A stretch of 64,000 bases of DNA from an uncultured delta proteobacterium (lineage in GTDB: Bacteria > Desulfobacterota > Binatia > HRBIN30 > BPIQ01), in the NCBI GenBank assembly GCA_963761335.1, contig CAVXGR010000012.1, positions 352,001-416,000 on the forward strand, given 5' to 3'. The translations under genes were made by a program, and so were the position numbers. Under the pieces are notes generated by a model. That model had not been told where the DNA came from and searched no databases. It worked only from the letters and a program-made list of their open reading frames with translations. Each line of letters opens with the position of its first letter. Positions within the stretch are counted from its first letter, which is position 1. Below, piece by piece: positions 38,544 to 47,065 of this stretch.

Positions 38544-38807
38544 GTGGATGACCGGCGACGCGGCGCGGGTTGCGCCGCCGTTCACTCCGTTCGGCCCGCG
38601 GCCCCGTGGAGTGCTCTGCTGCTGGTTTCGAGCCTCGCCGTGCTTGCGCGCGCCCAACTACCCGAGTACGAGGTGAAGGCGGCTTTTTTGTACAACTTCA
38701 CCACGTTTGTTGAGTGGCCACAGGGTGGCGCGCGCGGAGATCATTTCGTGATCAGCGTGATTGGTGCACATTCCTTCTGCGACCAGTCGCAGAGGCTCGA
38801 TCCATGA
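38544..38807 (+). pseudogene. Truncated YfiR (DUF4154)-family periplasmic protein
   Basis: Signal-like segment then EYEVKAAFLYNFTTFVEWP...ISVIG; stops about 35 aa later, overlapping the kinase start. Confidence 0.7.
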
Positions 38808-40687
38808 GCCGCTTTCGCGATCTACCGATCCGCCGGAAGCTTGCCTGGATGAACGTTCTCAGCGCCGGCGTCGCCCTGGCGCTGGCCGGTGTCGCCTTCA
38901 TTGCCTACGATCTCTTCACCTTCCGCGCCGGCATGGTGCACGAGATGTCGACGCAGGCGAAGATCGTCGGCGAGAACACCGCCTCGGCCTTGCTCTTCAA
39001 CGATCGCGCCTCCGCGGCGGAGACGCTGGCGGCGCTGCGCGCCCAGTCGCACATCATCAAGGCCAGCGTGCTCACCGCCAAGGGCGTGCCCTTCGCGACC
39101 TATGTTCGCGCCGACGCCCGTCCCTCACCCGAGATCGACACGCCCTCCGCGGGCGCCAGTCATCGCTTCGCGCAGGACCGCCTGGTCGTCGTCGAGGACA
39201 TCCTGGTCGACGGCGAACGCGTCGGCAGCGTCCGCATCTCCTCCGATCTCCGGGAGGTCGACGATCGGCTGCGGCGCTACTTCGTCATCGTCGTTCTGGT
39301 GATGCTGGTCTCCACCATGACGTCTTTCGCGATCTCCTCGCGGCTTCAGACGGTGATCTCCGGTCCGATCCTGCACCTGGTCAATCGCGCCCGCGAGGTA
39401 TCCGAGAAGCAGAACTACGCGGTGCGCGCCACGCCGAGCAGCGACGACGAGCTCGGCCTGTTGATTCGCACGTTCAACGAGATGCTCGGGCAGATTCAGC
39501 AGCGCGACGAGGCCCTGAAGAATGCTCGTGACGAGGCCGAATCGGCCAACCGCGCCAAGGACGAGTTCCTCGCCATGGTGTCCCACGAGCTGCGCACGCC
39601 GCTCACCCCCATTCTCATGTGGACCAACATGCTGCGCAGTGGCGCCCTCGGCCCGCCGGACGCGAAACGCGGCCTCGAGGTCATCGAGGTCAGCGCCCGT
39701 TCACAGGCACAGCTGGTCGAGGATCTGCTCGACGTCTCCCGCATCATCTCCGGCAAGCTTCGCCTGGAAGCTCATCCGATCCAGCTGCGCTCTGTCATCG
39801 AGTCGGCGATCGAGTCGGTTCGCGCCGGCGCCCAGGAGAAGGAGATCCAACTCCGCACTCATTTCGGCGACCAGATGGGGGAGTGCATCGGCGACCCCGA
39901 ACGGTTGCAGCAGGTGCTCTGGAACCTGCTCTCCAACGCCATCAAGTTCACTCCTCGATCGGGTGTTGTCGACCTTCGGCTCGAGTCCGACGCGGGCGAG
40001 GTGAAGCTTTCGGTGGAGGATAGCGGCGAAGGGATCCCGGCGGCTCTGCTACCGCACATCTTCGAGCGTTTTCGTCAGGCGGACAGCACCACGACCCGCC
40101 CGCACGGCGGTCTCGGCCTCGGGCTGGCCATCGTCCGGCACCTCGTCGAGCTGCACGGCGGAACCGTGTCCGCGGAGAGCCCCGGCAAGGGCCGCGGCAG
40201 TCGTTTCACCGTGCGCCTGCCGCGGGCCGAGGAGCAGACCCGACGGGCGCAGGCCGCCGCGATCGATGCGGTCGCCACCGGGCCGCGCCCGCTCCTCCTC
40301 GGAATACGGGTGCTGGTCGTGGACGACGAAGCGATCACCTGCGAATCGATCAAGACGGTGCTGACGCAGTCGGGAGCACAGGTGCAGAGCGCCCTCTCAA
40401 CCTCGGCGGCGATGCAGGTGGTCCTCCAGTGGAACCCGGATGTGGTGGTTTCCGATATCGCCATGCCCGGCGAGGATGGCTACTCCCTCATTCGCATGCT
40501 GCGACGCCGCGAGCAGGAGGGAAAGAAGCGGGTCGCCGCCATTGCCCTTTCGGCCTACGCGCGCACGGAAGATCGCAGCCGCGCGCTCGCCGCCGGCTTC
40601 CAGATGCACGTCGCCAAGCCGGTGGACCCCACGGACCTGGTCCGCCGGGTCGCCGAGCTCTCCGCCCAGGCCAGGCCGCCGCGCTGA
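38804..40687 (+). CDS. Hybrid sensor histidine kinase (YfiN-type periplasmic sensor, HAMP, HisKA, HATPase, receiver)
   Basis: IRRKL, ASALLFND..AAETL, DELG..FNEML, SHELRTPL, NLLSNAIKFT, GLGLGLAIV, SDIAMPGEDG. Confidence 0.92.
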   Translation: MSRFRDLPIRRKLAWMNVLSAGVALALAGVAFIAYDLFTFRAGMVHEMSTQAKIVGENTASALLFNDRASAAETLAALRAQSHIIKASVLTAKGVPFATYVRADARPSPEIDTPSAGASHRFAQDRLVVVEDILVDGERVGSVRISSDLREVDDRLRRYFVIVVLVMLVSTMTSFAISSRLQTVISGPILHLVNRAREVSEKQNYAVRATPSSDDELGLLIRTFNEMLGQIQQRDEALKNARDEAESANRAKDEFLAMVSHELRTPLTPILMWTNMLRSGALGPPDAKRGLEVIEVSARSQAQLVEDLLDVSRIISGKLRLEAHPIQLRSVIESAIESVRAGAQEKEIQLRTHFGDQMGECIGDPERLQQVLWNLLSNAIKFTPRSGVVDLRLESDAGEVKLSVEDSGEGIPAALLPHIFERFRQADSTTTRPHGGLGLGLAIVRHLVELHGGTVSAESPGKGRGSRFTVRLPRAEEQTRRAQAAAIDAVATGPRPLLLGIRVLVVDDEAITCESIKTVLTQSGAQVQSALSTSAAMQVVLQWNPDVVVSDIAMPGEDGYSLIRMLRRREQEGKKRVAAIALSAYARTEDRSRALAAGFQMHVAKPVDPTDLVRRVAELSAQARPPR

Positions 40688-40747
40688 TCAGCTCGCCTCT
40701 TGCGGCTGCCGGCCGGGCGCATCTATTCTCCGAGCGGTTGGTGGTGG

Positions 40748-41854
40748 ATGGCGAGGCGCGCGGCAGGTAAGGGCTCGGTCACCGGGAAGGGTTCCGTCAG
40801 AGCAAAGGCCGGTGCCGTCCCCAAGGCTCCGAGGACACGACCGGCCGCCGGCGCCGGCAAGCGGGCCCGGCGGCAAACGCCTGCAGCCCCCTCCACCCGT
40901 CGGGTCCTGGTACAGACGCTGCTGGAGGCCTGCGCCCTGGGCATGGCGGCCCTGGTGGCGGTCATCGCCGCCCTCGGCCTGGCGGCGGCTCGCTTCACCG
41001 GCAGCGGCCTCTGGTCGAGCCTGCTGCCGTTTGCCGCGGCCGTGCTGCTCCTCGGCGTGCTCATCGGCGGCTCGCTGTGGGCATGGATGGCGGCGCGCCG
41101 GTGGCTCGCGGCGCGCTTTGCCCTGCTGCCGCTCATTGCCGCGGTAATCCTCGCGGTGGTCGCCTGCTGGTTCGCCAGCCGACCGGGCTTCGAGCTCGAC
41201 GTGCAGAGCCTTCGCGTCCTGGTGGGCGGCCGCACCGAAGCCGAGCGACGGGCAGTCTCGCACCAGGTATACGCGGCGTACCGGCGGGCCGACCCGGTAG
41301 CGCTTCGCCGGCTCTACGAGCGCGCCAGCGTCTTCGAGCCCGGGGTGCGCGAGGCAGCCCGGGCTTTCGACGTGGATCCCGAGATCCTCATGGGCATCGG
41401 CGCCGTCGAGTCCGGCTTCGAGCCCCGCGACAGCGCCGACGGGGGTCGCGGGCTCTTCCAGGTCACCGCGCCGCCGGCGGCGGCATTGGCGGCGGCGCGG
41501 GCGCGTCTCGGGGGGGCAAGCCTCGATCTCCACGACTATCGCCACAACGCCTACGTCGCCGCGGCAACCCTGCGCCGCTACCTCGACGACATGAACGGCG
41601 ACCTGTTTCTCGGATTGCTCGCCTACAATATCGGCCCGGACAACGGCGGTCTGCTGTCGATCATGCGCCAGTACGGCGCCACCGACTTCGTCACCATTCA
41701 GCCGTATCTGCAGCATCTGCCGCGCGACTATCCGATCCGCGTGCTGGCGGCGGCGCTCGCCTACCGCCTCTGGCGAACACAGGGACGGCTGCCGCGCTAC
41801 GAGGACGGCGACAACGCCGCCTTCATCCAGCGCCTGGGCATTCCCGGCGACTAG
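40748..41854 (+). CDS. Membrane-anchored lytic transglycosylase (SLT domain)
   Basis: Three TM helices; VESGF catalytic Glu, GLFQV, AYNIG. Confidence 0.8.
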   Translation: MARRAAGKGSVTGKGSVRAKAGAVPKAPRTRPAAGAGKRARRQTPAAPSTRRVLVQTLLEACALGMAALVAVIAALGLAAARFTGSGLWSSLLPFAAAVLLLGVLIGGSLWAWMAARRWLAARFALLPLIAAVILAVVACWFASRPGFELDVQSLRVLVGGRTEAERRAVSHQVYAAYRRADPVALRRLYERASVFEPGVREAARAFDVDPEILMGIGAVESGFEPRDSADGGRGLFQVTAPPAAALAAARARLGGASLDLHDYRHNAYVAAATLRRYLDDMNGDLFLGLLAYNIGPDNGGLLSIMRQYGATDFVTIQPYLQHLPRDYPIRVLAAALAYRLWRTQGRLPRYEDGDNAAFIQRLGIPGD

Positions 41855-41872
41855 CGTCTCGGCGCTTCTACT

Positions 41873-42994
41873 TCAGCCGTTCGGCAGCGCGCCGCGCGTG
41901 ATCCAGGCGCGAATGCGATCGATCATCTCGGCGGGCAGAGGATTGAGCTCGCCCTGGGGCATCCGGGCGCCCAGGCCCGAGTCCGGGGCGGGCCCCAGGA
42001 GCTTGATGATGATGAAGCTGTTGTCGGGGTTGCCGGGATCGACGCGCAGCAGTCCCTGCTGGCGGGCCACCAGGTTGTCCGGCTGAACGCCGACGAGCTG
42101 GTCGTGAGAGCTCCCCTGCTGCAATGAGAGATTCCCGGAGAAGCGCGCATCTGCATCGGTGTGACAGAAGGGAATGGCACAGTGCACGTCGAAGATGTCG
42201 CGCTGGATTTCCGGGAGGGTCGATCCGGGCACCAGGGTTGGCGTCGGAGTACCTGTCGGTGTTCCCGTCATCGTCGGCGTCGGCGTGACCGTGCTGGTCG
42301 GCGTGATCGTCGGGGTGCGCGTCACCGTCGGCGTCTGCGAGGGTGTCGCCGTCGCCGGCCGGGTGCCGGTGATCGTCGGCTCCGGGGTCGTCGGCGTCGG
42401 GCTCGGCACGGTTGCCGTGGCCGACGGCGTCGGCGGCACGGCCGTCGGCGTGGCGCTCAGCTCCGGCGAAGGCGTCAGAGTCGCGGTCGGTGCCGGCACC
42501 GTCTCGGTCGGCGTCCCCGTCGGCAGCTCGGTCGGCGAGGGCGGTGCCGGCGTCGCCGTCGGCGCCGAGCCGGCCGGCGCCCCGGCGATGATCCAATCGC
42601 GAACCAGCTGCAGCTGAGCGCTCGACAGCGGCGCGGCGCCGAGCGGCATGCGCGATCCCTCGCCCGGAGCGGGCTCGGTCAGCTTGATGAGCAGGAAGCT
42701 GGTGTCGGGCCCGGAAGGAACGACGCGATTCAGCCCGGCGGCGCGCGCCACCTCGTTGTTGGCGAGGACCCCGACGAGATCGCCATACGACGACCCCTCG
42801 GCAAGATTCAGGTCTCCCTGACGCGACTGGCTGTTGTGGCAGGGACCGGTGATGCAGCTGACGTTGAAGACCTCGCGCTGCACGCGGTCGAACTGCGAGG
42901 TCGCCGCACCGCCGCCGACGCCGTCACCGGCACAGCCGCTCAGGAAGACAGCGCAGGGCATGGCCGCCGCCAGCAGCCAGCATCTCGAGCTCAT
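41873..42994 (-). CDS. Lipoprotein with two homologous cytochrome c-like domains (CxxxxCH) joined by a Thr/Pro linker
   Basis: LSGC lipobox; CITGPCH..LVGV..RV.P..P..SFL..KL..RMP..WI repeated as CAIPFCH..LVGV..RVDPGNPDNSF..KL..RMP..WI. Confidence 0.75.
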   Translation of the reverse strand: MSSRCWLLAAAMPCAVFLSGCAGDGVGGGAATSQFDRVQREVFNVSCITGPCHNSQSRQGDLNLAEGSSYGDLVGVLANNEVARAAGLNRVVPSGPDTSFLLIKLTEPAPGEGSRMPLGAAPLSSAQLQLVRDWIIAGAPAGSAPTATPAPPSPTELPTGTPTETVPAPTATLTPSPELSATPTAVPPTPSATATVPSPTPTTPEPTITGTRPATATPSQTPTVTRTPTITPTSTVTPTPTMTGTPTGTPTPTLVPGSTLPEIQRDIFDVHCAIPFCHTDADARFSGNLSLQQGSSHDQLVGVQPDNLVARQQGLLRVDPGNPDNSFIIIKLLGPAPDSGLGARMPQGELNPLPAEMIDRIRAWITRGALPNG

Positions 42995-43017
42995 CGAGTC
43001 GGTGCGGAACAGAAGGA

Positions 43018-43380
43018 TCAGTCGGAGTGCGCCTCGCCGACGACGATGCTGCTCATGCCGTTCTTCACGTATTTCTGCCCGGAGATCTCGGCATTCGAGC
43101 CGGCGAGCTTCAGGGCATCCTCGTACGGCTTCTTGTTGGCGTGGTCGTCGATCAGCAGATAGAGATCGCCGCTGTCGGTGAGCAGGCCCATGGGCACGCC
43201 CCCCTTGGCGCACATCTGGGCGCAGCTGCGATGCTCTGCCCCTCTCTTGCCCTTGGCCAGATAGCAGGCGAGATCGACCACCTCGCCCTTCACGGTGACC
43301 GCCTCCTGGGCCAGAGAAACGCCCGCCGTCGCCAGCGACAAGGCGGCGACGGTCGCGCAAGCAAGGAGCATTCTCCGCAT
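43018..43380 (-). CDS. Small periplasmic Cys/His-motif protein
   Basis: Signal peptide; GEVVDLACY, HRSCAQMCAKGG.P.GL. Confidence 0.7.
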   Translation of the reverse strand: MRRMLLACATVAALSLATAGVSLAQEAVTVKGEVVDLACYLAKGKRGAEHRSCAQMCAKGGVPMGLLTDSGDLYLLIDDHANKKPYEDALKLAGSNAEISGQKYVKNGMSSIVVGEAHSD

Positions 43381-43409
43381 ACGTATTCCCTTTCCAACCG
43401 GCCCGCCTC

Positions 43410-43437
43410 AAACTACACTCGCACCCGAGGTTGTCAA
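43410..43437 (-). promoter_or_regulatory. Sigma70-type promoter for the 43380-41873 operon
   Basis: TTGACA-16 nt-TAGTTT on the minus strand. Confidence 0.55.
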
Positions 43438-43662
43438 TTCCGGGGTCGGAGCGGGGGACCCGATTTGCGCCCAAAGGGACTCCCGGCGAGGCCGACCTGT
43501 TCATCCCGAGGGTTGTCTGGTCATCAGGTGACGATGGAGCCACGCGCGCTCGATACCGAGCTGTTGAGTCCCCCGAACCGACCGAACGGGCGCGGCGGCG
43601 TTGGGGGCGACGGCGCTCTCGGGCATACTCCCGGGCTGGTCGCCGCGGCGCGGCCGGACGCG

Positions 43663-44769
43663 ATGGGTCGGAGAGACAGCTACACCTGGCGGGAGCAGGC
43701 GATCTTCGTCTACGGCATCGGGCTGGCGCTCGGGCTGCACCTGGCGCTGATCCACGTCTTCATCTTCCGCTCCTGGAAGCCGGTTCCGATCACCATGACG
43801 GCCACCTTCCTGTTCTGCAGCGCCGTCCTCGGTCTCTGGCAATGGGTCTTCCCCCGCATCAGCCACTGGCCCGCCTCCAGGCGACTGTCGATGCAGTTTC
43901 TGGTGGCCATCGGCATTTTCGCCGTTCTCTCCGTCGCCTTCACCGAGGCCAACGCCATGGTGACCGGATCCCGCTCGCTGTTCGCCCCGTACACGGGCGG
44001 CGACCGGGTGGTGACCATACCGGCGCACATGATCCGCTGGGCGGCGCTGGTCTACACGGTGATCCCGATCGTACCGACGGCACTGATGTGCGTGCTCGGC
44101 TTCAACCAGCACTGGTGGCGCATCTTCGTTCTCGAAGGCCGCCAGCGAGAGCTGCGCGACCTCGCCGTCTCGGCGCAGCTCTCGGCGCTGCGCGCCCAGG
44201 TGAACCCGCACTTCTTCTTCAACTCCCTCAACTCGATCGCGCAGCTGATCTCCTCCGATCCGCACAAGGCCGAACGCTGCGTCGAGCGCCTCGCCGAGAT
44301 CTATCGCTACATCCTCAGCCGCTCGCAGGCGGAGTTCGTCTCCCTGGCCGAGGAGCTCGAGGTCGCCGAGGCCTACCTCGAGATCGAGAAGGCCCGCTTC
44401 GGGCACAACCTCAACGTCGAGGAGGAGATCGACGAGCGCGCCCGCGGCGTGCGCCTGCCGGGGCTCATCCTGCAGCCCCTCGTCGAGAACGCCGTGAAGC
44501 ACGGCATCTCCCGCAAGATCGGCGGCGGCACCGTCTCCATCGCCGCCGGCATCGAGGACGGTCACCTGCGCCTGACGGTGCGCGACACCGGCGACGGCAT
44601 CGTCGAGCGGGAGCGCGTCTTCGAGCGCGGCATCGGCCTGCGCAGCGTGCACGATCGGCTGCTGAAGCTCTACGGACCCGACTACGTGCCGCTCCTGGAG
44701 AGCACCCCGGGCGGTGGGACCTCGGTCACCCTGCGGATCCCGGTGCCCACCGAGAAGCTCGCGGCATGA
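43663..44769 (+). CDS. LytS/YehU-family sensor histidine kinase
   Basis: TM helices; LRAQVNPHFFFNSLNSI, LQPLVENAVKHG, GIGL. Confidence 0.92.
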   Translation: MGRRDSYTWREQAIFVYGIGLALGLHLALIHVFIFRSWKPVPITMTATFLFCSAVLGLWQWVFPRISHWPASRRLSMQFLVAIGIFAVLSVAFTEANAMVTGSRSLFAPYTGGDRVVTIPAHMIRWAALVYTVIPIVPTALMCVLGFNQHWWRIFVLEGRQRELRDLAVSAQLSALRAQVNPHFFFNSLNSIAQLISSDPHKAERCVERLAEIYRYILSRSQAEFVSLAEELEVAEAYLEIEKARFGHNLNVEEEIDERARGVRLPGLILQPLVENAVKHGISRKIGGGTVSIAAGIEDGHLRLTVRDTGDGIVERERVFERGIGLRSVHDRLLKLYGPDYVPLLESTPGGGTSVTLRIPVPTEKLAA

Positions 44770-45518
44770 TCCGCGCCCTGATCGCCGACGACGAGAAGCT
44801 GGCCCGCGAGCGGCTGGCCGGGTTCCTCCAGCACATGGACGACGTCAGCGTCGTGGGCGAGGCCTGCGACGGCCTCGAGACCGTGCGACTGATCGAGGAG
44901 ACGGCGCCCGACCTCGTCTTTCTCGACGTGCAGATGCCCGGCCTGGACGGCTTCGGCGTGCTGCGCTCGCTCGCCAGCACGCCGCGGGTCATCTTCGCCA
45001 CCGCCTTCGACGAGTACGCCATCAAGGCCTTCGAAGTGGAGGCGGTGGATTACCTGCTCAAGCCCTTCTCCCGGGCGCGCATCACCGAAGCCGTGCGCCG
45101 CGTGAGGGCCGACCTGAGTGCCCGCGCCCCAGCTCCCGAGTTTCGCGAGCTGCTCGAGCGCCTCAGCGCCCGCGAGCGGCGTTTCCTGCAGCAGGTGCCC
45201 GTGCATCGCGGCAAGCAGATCCTCATCCTGCCGGCGCCGGACATTCTCTGGTTCGAGGTCGAGTTCCGCCTCGTCTACGCCCATGTCGACAGCGACCGCT
45301 ACATGACCAACTTCACCCTGAAGCAGCTCGAGGAGCGGCTCGATCCAGAGCTGTTCTTCCGCGCCCACAAGTCGCGCCTGGTGAACCTCCAAAAGATCCG
45401 GGCGGTCTCGCCCTGGTTCGGGGGGCGCTACAAGCTGGTGATGGCGGATCGGCAGGGCAGCCAGGTGGAGCTGAGCCGCACGCAGGCGCGCATTCTGCGC
45501 GGCCGGCTCAACTGGTGA
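44766..45518 (+). CDS. LytTR-family response regulator
   Basis: IADDEKLAR, FLDVQMP, TAFDEYA, DYLLKP, FFRAHKSRLVNL; ATGA overlap with the kinase. Confidence 0.93.
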   Translation: MIRALIADDEKLARERLAGFLQHMDDVSVVGEACDGLETVRLIEETAPDLVFLDVQMPGLDGFGVLRSLASTPRVIFATAFDEYAIKAFEVEAVDYLLKPFSRARITEAVRRVRADLSARAPAPEFRELLERLSARERRFLQQVPVHRGKQILILPAPDILWFEVEFRLVYAHVDSDRYMTNFTLKQLEERLDPELFFRAHKSRLVNLQKIRAVSPWFGGRYKLVMADRQGSQVELSRTQARILRGRLNW

Positions 45519-45531
45519 GCCGGCGCGGCGA

Positions 45532-46410
45532 TCAGGCCGACTCGTCGCGCAGGTGACCGGGACGAAAGATCACCTTTCTGTCCTTCACCACCAGCTGCTC
45601 GTTGAGGAAGAGCTGCACCGCCTGCGACAACACCTTGCTCTCCAGCTGCTTGCCGCGCGCCTTCACCGTGTCGAGGGTGTCCTCGCCGACGCGGATGTGG
45701 AAGACGTCCTGGAGGATTACCGGACCCTGATCGAGCTGCTCGGTGACGAAGTGGGCGGTGCACCCCGACACCCGCACTCCCTCCTCGAAGGCCTGTTTGT
45801 AGGCGTTGGCACCGGGGTGATACGGCAGCAGCGAGGGGTGAATGTTGATGATGCGGTTGGGGTAGCGCACCACGAAGGTCGGGGTGAGAATCTGCATGTA
45901 GCGCGCCAGCACCACCAGATCGACCTGCGCCTCGCGGAGCTTCTCGAGGACGAAGCTCTCGTGCGCCGCCTTGTCGATGGCCGGCGACCACTCGAAGCGC
46001 AGGCCATGGCTCTCCGCCAGCTCCCGCAGAGCCTCGTGGTTGGAGAGGACGATGGCGAAGTCGCCGTTGATGAGGCCGGCGTCGCGATCGGCGATCAGCG
46101 TCTCCAGGCAGTGCGCCTCCTTGGTGACCAGAATGCCGACGCGCTTGCGGGTGTGCTCGCCGTGCAGGCGAATGGTCACCTCCATGTGAATCTCGTCGCC
46201 GATCCCCTTCAGGCCGAGAATGAGCTCGTCCAGGGTGATCGCCAGCTCCGAGAGATCCACGACCATGGTCATGATGAACAGACCCTCGACGACCCGCTGC
46301 TCGATGTCCTCGATATTGATGCTGCAGCCCGCCAGGTAGGTCGAGATGCGGGCGACGACCCCCTTCTGGTCGCGTCCGATGACGGAGATCACCGCGCGGT
46401 TTCGTGTCAT
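45532..46410 (-). CDS. purU: Formyltetrahydrofolate deformylase
   Basis: ACT domain GRDQKGVVA, LARYMQIL, INIHPSLLP, TAHFVTEQLDQGPVI. Confidence 0.92.
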   Translation of the reverse strand: MTRNRAVISVIGRDQKGVVARISTYLAGCSINIEDIEQRVVEGLFIMTMVVDLSELAITLDELILGLKGIGDEIHMEVTIRLHGEHTRKRVGILVTKEAHCLETLIADRDAGLINGDFAIVLSNHEALRELAESHGLRFEWSPAIDKAAHESFVLEKLREAQVDLVVLARYMQILTPTFVVRYPNRIINIHPSLLPYHPGANAYKQAFEEGVRVSGCTAHFVTEQLDQGPVILQDVFHIRVGEDTLDTVKARGKQLESKVLSQAVQLFLNEQLVVKDRKVIFRPGHLRDESA

Positions 46411-46509
46411 GGCGACCGGCTCCAAACCAGCGCCATACCATACGGTCTCCCCCCTGCGGGGTCAAATTCCCGTTTCGACTTTCGCCGCCGATTCTGCTTC
46501 TCTCGGGCG

Positions 46510-47055
46510 ATGGAGGCAGCGGCGCAGTGGAACGTTTTGGTCACCGCCCAGGAGGGTTTCGGCGGCGATCTGCGGCGCGCCTTGCGGCCGTTTGGGCATT
46601 TCTGGTGGAGTCGCTATCGCAACGTCGTTCTCGGCCGGGTCGAGGCCCTCGATCCTTTTCTGGCAAGCCTCACGCAGATGTTGGAAGAGAAGCCGTCGCG
46701 CCAGGCGTGGCTGGGCCGGGTGTTGCCGATCGATGCCACCTTCCCGGTGACTCATGACGACTTCCTGGCCGAGGCGGAGCGGCAGATCGAGCCCCGCCTC
46801 GACGAGATCGTGCCCGACTCCTTTCACGTGCGCGTCGAGCGCCGTGGACACCGCGGCGCCCTGCGCACCGATCAGCTGGAGCGCGAGATCGGCGACTTCG
46901 TGGTTGCGGCGCTGCGGCAGCGCGGGCGCGCGCCGCGGGTGCGCTTCGACGACGCCGGGACGGTGATCGCGCTGGAGATCGTCGGCGCCACCGCCGGGCT
47001 GGCGCTCATCGGGCGCGAGCTGCGGCGCCGCTACTCCGTCATCAAGATCGACTGA
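46510..47055 (+). CDS. Stand-alone THUMP-domain protein
   Basis: SFHVRVERRG, LEREIG, VRFDD..VIALEIVG. Confidence 0.7.
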   Translation: MEAAAQWNVLVTAQEGFGGDLRRALRPFGHFWWSRYRNVVLGRVEALDPFLASLTQMLEEKPSRQAWLGRVLPIDATFPVTHDDFLAEAERQIEPRLDEIVPDSFHVRVERRGHRGALRTDQLEREIGDFVVAALRQRGRAPRVRFDDAGTVIALEIVGATAGLALIGRELRRRYSVIKID

Positions 47056-47065
47056 AGCGGCCGGC

